Under the pieces are notes generated by a model. It saw only the letters and a program-made list of their open reading frames with translations. It was not told the origin of the DNA and ran no database searches. This document shows, piece by piece, positions 10,361 to 20,677 of a DNA stretch of 64,000 nucleotides. Position 1 is the stretch's first letter. Every line of letters begins with the position of its first letter. Source of the stretch: an uncultured Acidobacteriota bacterium. GTDB lineage: Bacteria > Acidobacteriota > UBA6911. The DNA is taken from NCBI GenBank assembly GCA_963809485.1, contig CAWEJX010000006.1, positions 224,001-288,000 on the forward strand, written 5' to 3'. A program made the translations under genes and the position numbers.

Positions 10361-11454
10361 CCCCGCTCCTGCCCCGATCTCCGGCCTTGCCCGATTCGGT
10401 TTTCGGCACCGCCGCCGGACAGCCTCTATGAAGCAGGGAAACGGAAACCTCCAGCTGGAGAACGACCATCGGGCGCAAAGCCTCGGTGGGCGCAAGCTCC
10501 CCGGAATATTTTTCTCCCGATGGGGGGGTTCTGCCGCTTCCTTTGCTGGACGCTTCCGCCGTCATGCAGGTGTTCCGCCGCCTGCTGCTTCTGCGCTTGC
10601 ACCAGGCCGAGCGCCTTTCCGAATCCTTTATGCACAACCTGTTGTCCTGGGTGCTTTCGGGATTTTCCGTTTATGCCGGTCCGCCTGTTCAAGCCGGTGC
10701 AATCGCCTCCCTGGAATCCCAGGCCCGATACATCACTCGCCCCGTATTAGCCATGGAGGGGCTTCAAAAGCTCGACGACGGCAGCCTGGTTATGGAAACA
10801 ACTCCCGATCCCCGGACAGGCGCGACTTCGATCGAGCTGGATCCGCTTGAATGGATTCATCGCATTGCCTCGCAAAAGATTTTATGGGGCCTATTCCAGC
10901 CGCGGCAGGATTTCAGCCCCTTCCTCAGATGGAGATAGCGCCAGCTTGGCGGGCGCCACGCTTTGCGAATCCGACGATTCGGATGCCGCCCGGCAAGCGC
11001 GCAGCACGTGGGCTCGGTTGATCAAGAAAATTTTCGAGGTGGATCCACTGCTGTGCAGTTGCGGCGGACGGATGCGCATCGTTTCCCTTATTACAGATCC
11101 GCGCGTGGTCGACCGCATCCTGCAACATAGGAAAGGCGGGCGCTGCAAAATTCCGGATCCGTTCGAGACGAGACCCCCTCCCGGCGCATCGGCCAAAATT
11201 CCGCAATAATTCGGAAGCGCCAGCAGAGGTCCGGTTGTCCAATCGGACGCCTGACCAGCCGGAGTGCGTCTGACCGTCGGCGCAACCGGGGCCATCATCG
11301 GCAACACATCCGGAAAATAGATCTGGCAGGGATTGGAGAGAAGCTCGATCAGCTGAATGCAGCCCTATTTCCCTTTCAATCCCTGCCAGGTCTGTTTTCC
11401 GCCGCACTTGATTTCTCCAGGTTTCCATGCCCCTGCAGGATAGAAATGCCTATA
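10360..11454 (+). mobile_element. IS91/ISCR-family rolling-circle element remnant (internally deleted transposase plus oriIS-like end)
   Basis: LLSWVLSGFSV, ARYITRP, LDPLEWIHRI, YGAYSSR, WARLIKKIFEVDPLLCSCGGRMRI; no HUH motif seen; 25-bp IR 11311-11335/11377-11401; GATAGAAATGCCTATA at 11439-11454. Left boundary approximate. Confidence 0.75.
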
Positions 11455-11637
11455 AAGGATCTGGAACGGGAAAGGCTCCCCAACTGCGTCAACCCTGAGG
11501 TGTACGAGAGAAGATTCCGCTGAGCTCCGTCCGAGGCGGCCATTTGTCCTAATGGAATTGGAGAAGAATGGATTCTTTCCGGAACAACCGCCTTGACGGA
11601 AAGGAGGTCTTGAAAATGAGGCAGGTCCTCTGGATGC

Positions 11638-12135
11638 TCAAGACTCGTATTGCTTTAATGTGCGCAACCGCTCCCGGATGGCTTCCAGTTCTATTACAGA
11701 CTGGCGGTCTTTAGGGCTGTTCATTGCTTTCTTGGCGGTGATCAGCGTATCCAGATCCAGCACGCGACATAAGGCGCCCTCCAGGTCCACCTGGATGGTA
11801 TGCTGTTCCACCTCTGCATACCCGCCCACACCTGTTATCTCCGACAGAATATCCAGCTGGCCCAGGTCTGTGAGCAAATACAGATTTTTGAAACCCTCCA
11901 GCCGTTCCGGTTCTTCAGGCAGAGGACGGAGGTCTGGCGTTGTCCGGAAGCGCGGATGAGCACTCGCAAGAGCGGCCATCAATACTGAAAGATTCTCCCG
12001 TGTGAGCGGTGCGCAAATGTCCACATCTTGAGTGACCATTTGTGAGCCGTGAATCACGCACGCCATCCCGCCCACCAGGACGTATTGCGCCCCATGATCA
12101 GTGAGACGTTTCAGGAGGTCGAGGGTCGAAGCCAT
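11638..12135 (-). CDS. Nucleotidyltransferase (pol-beta fold, DUF6036-like)
   Basis: YVLVGGMACVIHG..TQDVDI, GQLDIL, LDTLITAKKA..PKD; start taken at MASTLD. Confidence 0.8.
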   Translation of the reverse strand: MASTLDLLKRLTDHGAQYVLVGGMACVIHGSQMVTQDVDICAPLTRENLSVLMAALASAHPRFRTTPDLRPLPEEPERLEGFKNLYLLTDLGQLDILSEITGVGGYAEVEQHTIQVDLEGALCRVLDLDTLITAKKAMNSPKDRQSVIELEAIRERLRTLKQYES

Positions 12136-12325
12136 AATATTGGATGCCCGCTTTGCGGGCTGCGAAAACCAGTGTGAGCGCCGCATCGTGCCTTTTCACG
12201 CGCTCCGCAGGGCTCAGCGTCAAAAGGTACTCGAGTTGATCGATGTCAAAGCCAAACGTTACTGCATCTTGATAGGCTCGCATCGGTCCCTCGGCTGGCC
12301 AACTCATCGGTTTTGAACAAAACAT
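12098..12325 (-). CDS. Small protein overlapping the nucleotidyltransferase gene (putative TA-type partner)
   Basis: GFDIDQLEYLLTLSPAERVKRH; overlaps the NTase start; start codon uncertain. Confidence 0.55.
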   Translation of the reverse strand: MFCSKPMSWPAEGPMRAYQDAVTFGFDIDQLEYLLTLSPAERVKRHDAALTLVFAARKAGIQYYGFDPRPPETSH

Positions 12326-12789
12326 TGAGAACTCCGATTTTGCGCTTCCAGTATGACATTTTAGTCCATTTGCATCTCCATTTTAAATGCATCGGGCAGG
12401 AAAAAGGAGGCGAAGGGACTGAGAGAAAACGCCCCAAACCGCTGGTTCTATTGGTGGGAGTGACAAGGAATCGATTTCACGTCTTCTTGTATCCAGCGCT
12501 GAATATATCGCTGTTCCATCTTCTTTCCTCGCTTGACTATTGGACACAAGTGTAAAAAATGGCCAAGGCAATTTTTTCATACGGAATAATATAGCCATCT
12601 CCCGTAAAATCCCGAAATCTCGCTGCTGATTGCTACGGCGCAAGAAGGGATACTATACTCAAAAAGATGTAAAAAAGAGGGTAAAACCCAATCGTGTCAG
12701 AATAGGATTTCCTTCCCTTCTCTTTGGACTATGGGAGAGTGACTATGGAGTGCGACAAGGTAATAGTTGATGAATTGGTGATGGCGCTC

Positions 12790-13021
12790 ATGTGGTTGGC
12801 CGTCTCCTCGAAAGACATGAAAACGCCCGGCTCGCCAAATTGAGGGATGCCCCGGACGATGAATTCCATCGCGAACAGGGTCTTGCCACAGCCGGCTACG
12901 CCGCACACAAGGGTTGGCCGCCCGCGCGGCAGCCCGCTATTGGTGATCTCGTCCAATCAATGCCCGTCAGACACTTTGCCAATCCCTTGCCAACACTTAT
13001 CGGACGCAAAGATTTGGCCAT
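12790..13021 (-). pseudogene. kaiC: KaiC N-terminal fragment
   Basis: KCLTGI / DEITNSGLPRGRPTLVCGVAGCGKTLFAMEFIVRG..GEPGVFMSFEET (Walker A); frameshifted and truncated after ~75 codons. Confidence 0.85.
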
Positions 13022-13372
13022 AAAAGAATGCTCCGCGAGTTTTGGGAAAAGCTTAAACAAAACTGGCCCAATCTACATCTCCAACCCCACTCGAAACAAG
13101 CAAGTTAAATATCCTTAAAGTCTTTGATCCTTTGAGTCTTGGAGTCTTTGAGTTAAATTTATGGCACAGACGGATAAACAGTTCATCCGCGGACATAAGA
13201 ACCGAAGCAACGGGCGCCTGTGAGATGATTAAGAAAATGCCACGCAGAAAGAAACACTGCTAATACTGGCTGTTTGGAGTTGGTGGTCCAGTGCCTTTTT
13301 GCTTGCATTTAGTCGAAAGGGGAGTCGCAGAGAGAGCTTTCTTCGGCAGTGCAAGTAATTGGAGGAAACGCC

Positions 13373-14458
13373 ATGATTCAAAAGTTTGGTTTGTCGCGGC
13401 GGCAATTCACGGAGATAAGTGTTCTTGGCCTATTTGGCCTGACAACGCAGATGATGAAACCGGGGGCAGTATTTCCTGTTAGCCATGAAAATCTTCTCCA
13501 AAGCAAGAGGTCCATCATGAATAAGGGCTGGGAATATAATCATTCGGGCGTTTTTACCAAGGATTTCAAGGGAACAATCCAGTATTACAGGGATTTGGGT
13601 ATAGCTGCCGATTTACCTCCGGCCGAATCCACCTGGAATCCGAAAGACAAAGCTGAGACAATCGAGTTCGATGTTGTCCCTGTGTTTAACATTCCTAAAG
13701 GGGAACCTTTCCTTCAGCTTCTATATATTGGCGATTTCGAGATGGAGGTACTCCATGCGGAAACGTCCATTCCTCGCGGTGAAATGTTGGCCTACCGCGA
13801 AGGCTGCAACCACATCTGCATCAGCGTTCCGGATATCGATGCCGAGACCGAAAAACTGGTTCAAAAGGGAATGCGCATTATCCAGGACTTCCATCTGAAC
13901 GGCAATCGCCTCGAGGATTATCTGGATACCCGCGAACCCGGCCATATCCTTCTATCATTCAGGTCTCCGATGACCGATGAGATGAAAAAGAGGAAAGCCA
14001 CCGCCGGAATAGTTCCGTGGAAATTCATCGGTCACACAGCGATAGTCAAAGACCTGGATAGGACCGTCAGATTTTATGAGTATCTGGAGATCGCCGACTT
14101 TCTGCCTGAGAAACAATTTGATACCAGGAAAATGTCCAACGTTCAGATATACGGCAAACCAGCCAAGGCCGAGGTACAGGCCAGGACAAGAAAGTGCCAG
14201 GTAGGAGACAGGCTGATCCTGGAGCTGGTTGAGCCGGGTAAAGCCGACTTCATCTACAGAGAAACCCTGTACCGCAGGGGTGAAGGCATCATGGATATCA
14301 TGTTCTCTGTCAAAGACCTGAAGCAGGAAACGGCCAGGATGGCCGAAAAGGGAGTCCCTAAGGTTTTCTGCGGACAGCCACAGGACAGCGGCGCGTTCGC
14401 GCTATTCGATACCCGGGAAAAGGGCGGCGATGTCCTTATCAAACTTATCGAGGAATAA
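13373..14458 (+). CDS. Tandem VOC-family (glyoxalase/methylmalonyl-CoA epimerase-like) protein with Tat-like signal
   Basis: RBS GGAGG; SRRQFT; NHSGVFTKD, EGCNHICISVPDIDAE, GHTAIVKDLD, ILELVEP, GEGIMDIMFSVKDL. Confidence 0.8.
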   Translation: MIQKFGLSRRQFTEISVLGLFGLTTQMMKPGAVFPVSHENLLQSKRSIMNKGWEYNHSGVFTKDFKGTIQYYRDLGIAADLPPAESTWNPKDKAETIEFDVVPVFNIPKGEPFLQLLYIGDFEMEVLHAETSIPRGEMLAYREGCNHICISVPDIDAETEKLVQKGMRIIQDFHLNGNRLEDYLDTREPGHILLSFRSPMTDEMKKRKATAGIVPWKFIGHTAIVKDLDRTVRFYEYLEIADFLPEKQFDTRKMSNVQIYGKPAKAEVQARTRKCQVGDRLILELVEPGKADFIYRETLYRRGEGIMDIMFSVKDLKQETARMAEKGVPKVFCGQPQDSGAFALFDTREKGGDVLIKLIEE

Positions 14459-14710
14459 TGTATTAGAGGGAAAGCTGCCGACACCATAATCCCGACAACA
14501 TAGCCCCTTTCCGCCTCGTAAGCAGGCGTTCGGGCCTCGCTCTTCCCGAATGCCGGAATGATAAATTCCCATTCCAGTTTCTCCGCTTGCCCCTCTATTT
14601 CTGTCCCCCTGTTTCCTGTGCTAGAATCACATCCATATAGGAAGGAATGGCCCTTTCTTTCAATAGGTGTTGCCGTGTATTGTCCGGCGGACTCCAAGGG
14701 AGGAGTGTTT

Positions 14711-15343
14711 ATGCCAGAAGATCCCGAAAAGAAAACGCCTGAATCCCATGAAGGGATAAGCCGCAGAGGCTTCCTGAGTTCCGTGAGCGCAGGAGCCGTG
14801 GTCGCTGTCTCCCTCAAGAACGCCCCGGATCTTCCCGCGCAGGAAATCGAGGCGGGCGACAAGGCTGTTACTATCCATCTTATCGTTAACGGATCAACAC
14901 GAAAGATACTGGTTGAGCCTCGCTGGACGCTGCTTTACGTGCTGCGCGAGGTCCTCGGGCTCACGGGCTCCAAGATCGGCTGCGAACGCGGCGAGTGCGG
15001 CGCGTGCACCGTCCTGATCGACGGGAAGCCGCGTTACTCCTGCATGACCCTCGCGGTCGAAGCCGAAGGCCATGAGATCACGACGATTGAAGGCCTTCTC
15101 GACGGCGACAAGCTCGGCCCCGTTCAGCAGGCTTTCGCCGAAGAAGATGCCTTCCAGTGCGGATTCTGCACTCCGGGCCAGATCATGGCCGTAGAAGGCA
15201 TGTTGCGCAGCAATCCCAATCCCACTCTTGACCAGATCCGAATCAGTGTCAGCGGGAACCTCTGCCGTTGCGGCAGCTACAAGAACATTTTCAAAGCCGC
15301 AGCCAAAGCAGCCGAACTGCGCAGGCAAAAGGGAGGTGCATAA
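14711..15343 (+). CDS. Molybdenum hydroxylase [2Fe-2S] subunit with Tat signal (PaoA/YagT-like)
   Basis: RBS AGGAG; ISRRGFL; GCERGECGACT, QCGFCTPG, NLCRCGSY. Confidence 0.93.
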   Translation: MPEDPEKKTPESHEGISRRGFLSSVSAGAVVAVSLKNAPDLPAQEIEAGDKAVTIHLIVNGSTRKILVEPRWTLLYVLREVLGLTGSKIGCERGECGACTVLIDGKPRYSCMTLAVEAEGHEITTIEGLLDGDKLGPVQQAFAEEDAFQCGFCTPGQIMAVEGMLRSNPNPTLDQIRISVSGNLCRCGSYKNIFKAAAKAAELRRQKGGA

Positions 15344-17649
15344 TGACCGAATTCTACGAAAGGCTGGAGGAATCATTCCGCGAGAGCTTTCAGGCTCAGG
15401 CACCAACCGATAAAAAGATGCCGGCCTGGACGGAGACACGCGTGGTCGGCAAGGGGAATCCGCGCGTGGACGCATTCGAGCGTTGCTCGGGAAAGGCGGA
15501 GTACACCTATGACGTCATCCTGCCCGAAATGGTTTACGGCGCGATTCTGCACTGCCCTCATGCTCATGCCCTCGTGAAAAATGTCGACACGAGCGCAGCC
15601 GAGAAAATGCCCGGTGTGGTAAGCGTTTTGACCGGGAAGTCCCCTGGCGCGGATATCGGCTGGTATGGTTTCGGCACTCCTCAAAGCAAGCTTTTTGATC
15701 CGCATTGCCGCTACGAAGGAGACGAAGTTGCCGCGGTTGCGGCCCAGACGCCTTACCAGGCGTGGGATGCGCTCAAGGCCATTAAAGTTGAATACGAAGT
15801 GCTTCCTTTCGTCATAGACCAGGACGATGCCCAAAAACCGGATGCTCCCAAGCTCTATGAAAGCGGCAACTCCACGGGCAAACCAATGCCGACAAAGAGG
15901 GGTGATGTGGAGAAAGGGTTTGCAGAGGCGGATGTCGTTCTGGAAGAAACCTTCTGCACCAGCGTTCAAATGCACGCAATGCTGGAAGCGCATGGTTCGG
16001 TTGTGAAATGGGACGGCAACAAGATAACCATCTGGGATTCAACTCAAGGCGTCTACGATGCCTGCATGATGCCGTTTGCACGGGCGATGAACCTCCCCTA
16101 CAACAACGTAAGAGCGATTTGCCGTTACATGGGCGGTGGCTTCGGATCAAAGCTGGAACTGAATAAGCTAACCGTTATTGCAGCCTTGCTGGCACGCAAA
16201 GCCGCGCGTCCCGTAAAGCTGATGCTTTCGAGAGAAGAGACCATGCTGTGCGTGGGCAACAGGCCCAACGCACGGATGACTCTCAAGGCGGGCGTCAAGA
16301 AAGACGGGACGTTGACGGCTCTTCAGCTCAACAACGTTTACACCCCTGGCGCCTATTCGGGAATGGCCTCGGTCGGATTCCTGGTACAGGAACTCTACAA
16401 GTGCCCCAACATTCTGGTGATCGAAACCGGATACTATACCAATGTGGGCCGGGCCAGGGCGTTCAGGGCTCCGGGATTTCCAACCGGCGCATGGTCGCTC
16501 GAGCAGATGATGGACATGCTTGCCGAGAAGATCAACATGGATCCGGTGGAGTTCCGCCTGAAAAATTTCACCGATATCAGTCAGTCGAGGAAAATGCCTT
16601 ACACCAGCGCGGGTTTGAAGGAATGCCTGATCGAGGGCGCCAAAAAGTTCGGCTGGAAGGAAGCCCGGGCGCTTCCCAAAAGCGAGGGACACATTAAACG
16701 GGGGTTCGGCATGGCGGCCGGCCTCTGGATGATGGGTTCCGGCGGCCCGCCTTATACCGCCGAGGTGCGGATGTTCGCGGACGGAGGCGTCACCCTAAAG
16801 ACCGGCGCGATGGACCTGGGCACAGGCACCAAAACGGTTGCCTGCATGGTCGCTGCTGAGGAGCTTGGCGTGCCCCTGGAAAATGTCCGGATTATCAATG
16901 CGGATACGGCGACAACGCCCTATGCCAGCAGCAGCGGGGGCAGCATGACGCTGCCGAGTCTGGTCCCCGCCGTGCGCAGCGGCGCGTGGATCGTCAAACG
17001 GCAGGTCCTCGATTGGGCAGCAGAATCGCTGGGTGTCCCGGCAGCGGACCTTGAGTTCCAAAAAGACTCGGTTGTGAGCCGTAGCGATCCCTCCAAGAAA
17101 AAGACACTGGACGCGCTGTTCCGTTCCAAGGGAGTCATGGATGTCATCGGGATAGGCAACCGGGAGCCCAATCCCGCCAATAAGACTATCATGCCTTTCG
17201 GAGCTCATTTTATCGAGATTGAGGTCAATACCAAAACCGGCGACGTCAAAGTTGTGCGTATGGTGGCGGCCAATGAAAGCGGCCGGGTAATCAACAGCAG
17301 GACATTCGAAAACCTGGTTTTCGGCGGTATGACCCAGGGACTGGGATATGCCCTGACCGAGAAGCGGGTCGTGGACCCGAAGACCGGGAAGATGTGCAAT
17401 CCGAATCTGCATGACTACAAAGTTCCCGGTGCTTTGGATGTACCCGTCAACCACGAAGTTGTGCCCGTCGACCTCAAGGATAACGAGTGCAACAATGTCG
17501 GCTGCAAGGGGCTGGGCGAACCGGCCCATGTGCCCACTGCCGCCGCCATCGCCAATGCGATTTACGACGCCATCGGCGCGCGGCCGAAAGACGGCCCGGT
17601 CGACAACCGGATGATCCTGGAACTTCTCAGCAGCAAGAAAAGGGGATGA
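15343..17649 (+). CDS. Xanthine dehydrogenase-family molybdopterin-binding subunit (PaoC/YagR-like)
   Basis: TAATG coupling; MGGGFGSK, AFRAPG, DLGTG, GGSMT, KGLGEP. Confidence 0.93.
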   Translation: MTEFYERLEESFRESFQAQAPTDKKMPAWTETRVVGKGNPRVDAFERCSGKAEYTYDVILPEMVYGAILHCPHAHALVKNVDTSAAEKMPGVVSVLTGKSPGADIGWYGFGTPQSKLFDPHCRYEGDEVAAVAAQTPYQAWDALKAIKVEYEVLPFVIDQDDAQKPDAPKLYESGNSTGKPMPTKRGDVEKGFAEADVVLEETFCTSVQMHAMLEAHGSVVKWDGNKITIWDSTQGVYDACMMPFARAMNLPYNNVRAICRYMGGGFGSKLELNKLTVIAALLARKAARPVKLMLSREETMLCVGNRPNARMTLKAGVKKDGTLTALQLNNVYTPGAYSGMASVGFLVQELYKCPNILVIETGYYTNVGRARAFRAPGFPTGAWSLEQMMDMLAEKINMDPVEFRLKNFTDISQSRKMPYTSAGLKECLIEGAKKFGWKEARALPKSEGHIKRGFGMAAGLWMMGSGGPPYTAEVRMFADGGVTLKTGAMDLGTGTKTVACMVAAEELGVPLENVRIINADTATTPYASSSGGSMTLPSLVPAVRSGAWIVKRQVLDWAAESLGVPAADLEFQKDSVVSRSDPSKKKTLDALFRSKGVMDVIGIGNREPNPANKTIMPFGAHFIEIEVNTKTGDVKVVRMVAANESGRVINSRTFENLVFGGMTQGLGYALTEKRVVDPKTGKMCNPNLHDYKVPGALDVPVNHEVVPVDLKDNECNNVGCKGLGEPAHVPTAAAIANAIYDAIGARPKDGPVDNRMILELLSSKKRG

Positions 17650-17652
17650 GCC

Positions 17653-18624
17653 ATGATGAATAACTTCAGTTACATTAAGGCCGGCTCACTGGCGGAGGCA
17701 ATCAAAGCCCTGGGCGCCAGAGGCGCCAGGCTGCACGCGGGCGGCACCGATCTTCTCGGATGCGCGCGCGATGAAGTCTTCCAGGTTGATAAAGTCGTCA
17801 GTATGAGCGGCCTCAAGGAGTTGAAGGGGATAACGGCAAGGCCCGATGGCGGCGTGAGAATCGGGGCGCTCACAACGCTGGCGGATGTCGCTGCAAGCGC
17901 ATCCCTGGCGGAAAAATATATGGTGCTGTCGCAGGCCGCGTCGGCTGTCGGCACGCCCCAGATCCGGCAGCAGGGCACCCTGGGAGGCAATCTCTGCCAG
18001 AAGCCGCGCTGCTGGTATTTCCGCAGCGACCTTCAGTGCCGCAAGAAGGGCGGCACCACCTGTTACGCGATGGCCGGGGAGAATCAATATCACGCCATTT
18101 TCGGCGGCGGGCCCTGTTTCTTCGTGCACCCGTCGGATGTGGCCGTGGCCCTGGTTGCGCTGGAAGCCCAGCTCAGGATTGCCGGGCCGTCGGGAAGCCG
18201 TACGGCCAGGATCGACAGCTTCTTTGTAAGCCCGGGCAAATTCATCGATAAGGAGAACGTCCTCGTTCCCGGCGAAATTGTGACCGATATACAGATTCCG
18301 CCAACTGCAGGAAAAATAAAGAGTTCTTACCGCAAAATTGCGTCCCGCGGGTCCTGGGACTTTGCCTTGGCAAGTGTTGCAGCGGTGCTGCAGGTGGGAA
18401 ACGATACCGTACGCAGCGCCCGCATAGTCCTGGGCGGCGTCGCCCCGTTTCCGTGGCGCGTGCAGGCAGCCGAAAAACTTCTGGCCGGAAAAAAGCTGGA
18501 TGGTTCCGCGGCTGCCGCAGCCGCTGATGCTACCATTGCCGGGGCCAGGCCTCTGAAGGGCAACGCCTATAAGGTGGAGATGGTTAGAGGCGCAGTGGAG
18601 GAAACGCTTACCGCCCTAATGTAA
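17653..18624 (+). CDS. Xanthine dehydrogenase-family FAD subunit with Cys-rich insertion (PaoB/YagS-like)
   Basis: AGGTDLLG, QIRQQGTLGGNLCQKPRCWYFR..C..C..GPCFFVHPSD, WDFALAS. Confidence 0.93.
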   Translation: MMNNFSYIKAGSLAEAIKALGARGARLHAGGTDLLGCARDEVFQVDKVVSMSGLKELKGITARPDGGVRIGALTTLADVAASASLAEKYMVLSQAASAVGTPQIRQQGTLGGNLCQKPRCWYFRSDLQCRKKGGTTCYAMAGENQYHAIFGGGPCFFVHPSDVAVALVALEAQLRIAGPSGSRTARIDSFFVSPGKFIDKENVLVPGEIVTDIQIPPTAGKIKSSYRKIASRGSWDFALASVAAVLQVGNDTVRSARIVLGGVAPFPWRVQAAEKLLAGKKLDGSAAAAAADATIAGARPLKGNAYKVEMVRGAVEETLTALM

Positions 18625-18668
18625 CCACAGCTTAAGTTCAGGGGCCGGCAAAATCCGGCCGTACCTGG

Positions 18669-18714
18669 ACGCGGAGGAGGCGGGATTGAAGCCATTTTCC
18701 CGCGTCCTCCGTGT
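18669..18714. terminator. GC-rich hairpin after the molybdoenzyme operon
   Basis: ACGCGGAGGAGGCGGGA..TCCCGCGTCCTCCGTGT imperfect stem; no clear U tract. Confidence 0.4.
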
Positions 18715-18896
18715 CCCGCATCGCCTTCTTCCGCAACCGCTTTCCCATCCCTGAAGATATTACTGTTGTGGCAAATTAATATCCCGATCAGATTAGGTAT
18801 TATGAGATACTAGCCTGTTCAACCAGGATGCGATTCAGGCCGTAAGATGCGAATTGGCGGTTCCGGTTGTTTCAGGAATTATGCAGGAGCAGGAAT

Positions 18897-20480
18897 ATGT
18901 CATTATTAACCGAACGTATAGAATGCAGGGAATTGCTGGATAAGCTGGTTCCGGTTGAGGAGGCGGTTCGGTATGTGTCGGATCGTTACAAGATTGCCAT
19001 TAGCGGATTCACCAAATCCGGCGAGCCCAAGACCTTCATACCGGCGCTTGCCCAATATCTTCGCCAATATGCGCCCAAAACCAAAATCGGTTTGTTCAGC
19101 GGGGCATCTTTATCCGACGATGTTGAAAATCCCATCGCCTCGTTTGTCGGTAAGCGGGGCCCTTACATGTCCGCAACCGCGTCGCGCAGGTTGATTAACG
19201 CCGGTGAAATGGATTTTGCCGATATTCACCTGTCGGCCTTCGCCCGGAATATAACCTACGGATTCTACGGGGACATCGATCTGGCGGTTGTCGAAGTCTC
19301 CCGGATACGGCCGGACGGCAGCGTAGTGCTTTCCTCCTCGGTCGGGGTGTCTGCCGAAGCGCTTACGGTGGCAGAGAAAATCATCCTCGAGGTGAATCCG
19401 TCGATTCCCGACTATACCGGTTTCCACGACATTGCGATCCCAACCGTTCATCCGCGAGTCGGATGGCCGATTCCCATCGTCAACGTCAAAGACCGTGTGG
19501 GCACTCCCTATGTCGAAATCGACAAAAGCAAAGTCGTCGCCGTAATCGAATCGAACCGGCAGGATTATCCCGTTGGCTTCAAGCCGACTTCGGACACGGA
19601 CCGCAGGATCGCCGGGAACGTGATCGATTTTCTGATGTATTGCCAGAAAAAGTTCAGCTGGAGCAAGCGCCTGCCTCCGATTCAATCCGGTGTCGGCAAC
19701 GTCGCCAATGCCATAATCGGCGAACTGTACAAGTCCCCGTTTCAGAAAATCCGCTTCTGGACCGAGGTTTTCCAGGACGGCATGATGCGCTATGTGGAAG
19801 ACGACGAAAAATTTGACTGCGCGTCGGCGACGGCTTTGTCCTTCTCCGAAAACGGCAGGAACGAGTTTATGCGGCTGTTCTCACGATGCCGTGAAAAAGT
19901 GGTCCTGCGCCCCATGTGGCTCTCCAACAACGCCGAATTGATCACCCGGCTGTTTGTCATCGCCATGAACACCCCGATCGAGGTGGACATTTATGGTCAC
20001 GTCAACTCGACGCACATCGATGGCTCCAGGGTTGTCAACGGGTTGGGCGGCAGCGGAGATTTTTTCCGGCACGCGTATCTGAGCATCGTGCATACGCCTT
20101 CGACACGGCGCCTCAAGGATGGCAGGACGGTCAGCTGCGTGATGCCCTATGTGCGCCACATCGACCACACCGAGCACGACATTCATTGCGTCGTCACTGA
20201 GCAGGGCTATGCTTTGAACACCGAAATACGGTCCGCACGGCGCCGTGCTGAGGATATTATCAATAAATGCGCCCATCCGCATTTCCGCCCGCTGCTTAAC
20301 GATTATCTCAGGCTGGCGGGAGACGGGGATGAACCGCGTCCGACAAATATGGATATCCTTCAAAGCTGGTGGAAAGATTACGATGCGGCCTGCCGGAGCT
20401 TCTCCGGGTCACCCGCGCCTCAGCGAAGCGAGCCGGAAGTCAGGGACTGGAAGTCGGAGGATTGGCGCTACTGGTGGTAA
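18897..20480 (+). CDS. Acetyl-CoA hydrolase/succinate CoA-transferase family
   Basis: SGFTKSGEPK, PIQSGVGNVANA, WTEVFQD, EVDIYGHVNSTH, NGLGGSGDF, VTEQG. Confidence 0.9.
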   Translation: MSLLTERIECRELLDKLVPVEEAVRYVSDRYKIAISGFTKSGEPKTFIPALAQYLRQYAPKTKIGLFSGASLSDDVENPIASFVGKRGPYMSATASRRLINAGEMDFADIHLSAFARNITYGFYGDIDLAVVEVSRIRPDGSVVLSSSVGVSAEALTVAEKIILEVNPSIPDYTGFHDIAIPTVHPRVGWPIPIVNVKDRVGTPYVEIDKSKVVAVIESNRQDYPVGFKPTSDTDRRIAGNVIDFLMYCQKKFSWSKRLPPIQSGVGNVANAIIGELYKSPFQKIRFWTEVFQDGMMRYVEDDEKFDCASATALSFSENGRNEFMRLFSRCREKVVLRPMWLSNNAELITRLFVIAMNTPIEVDIYGHVNSTHIDGSRVVNGLGGSGDFFRHAYLSIVHTPSTRRLKDGRTVSCVMPYVRHIDHTEHDIHCVVTEQGYALNTEIRSARRRAEDIINKCAHPHFRPLLNDYLRLAGDGDEPRPTNMDILQSWWKDYDAACRSFSGSPAPQRSEPEVRDWKSEDWRYWW

Positions 20481-20506
20481 TCCATGGATTTGGGTTAGGC
20501 TCCATA

Positions 20507-20548
20507 GCGCTGATGTACGCCGACCGGAACGCCGATGAACGCTGAAAA
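20507..20548 (+). repeat. Intergenic ~10-bp tandem repeat family (AACGCYGAYR); also at 26865-26893 and inverted at 42233-42274
   Basis: GCGCTGATGTACGCCGACCGGAACGCCGATGAACGCTGAAAA. Confidence 0.65.
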
Positions 20549-20677
20549 CCGGCGCCAACATTAGGATATTTCGTCGGCTGAGGTTCATGGAACGCCCCTG
20601 GTCGCGGGAAACCTCCTACAGCCAAGACGGCCTTGCCGGAAGCAAGGGGGCGTGTTGCTGCTTTTTCTCCAGAACAG

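Noticed and set aside
12790-13021. Circadian kai system
   Set aside because: Only a frameshifted ~75-codon kaiC stub; no kaiB
13118-13152. 9-bp tandem repeat (GTCTTTGA-like x4)
   Set aside because: Short, degenerate and single locus; no supportable function
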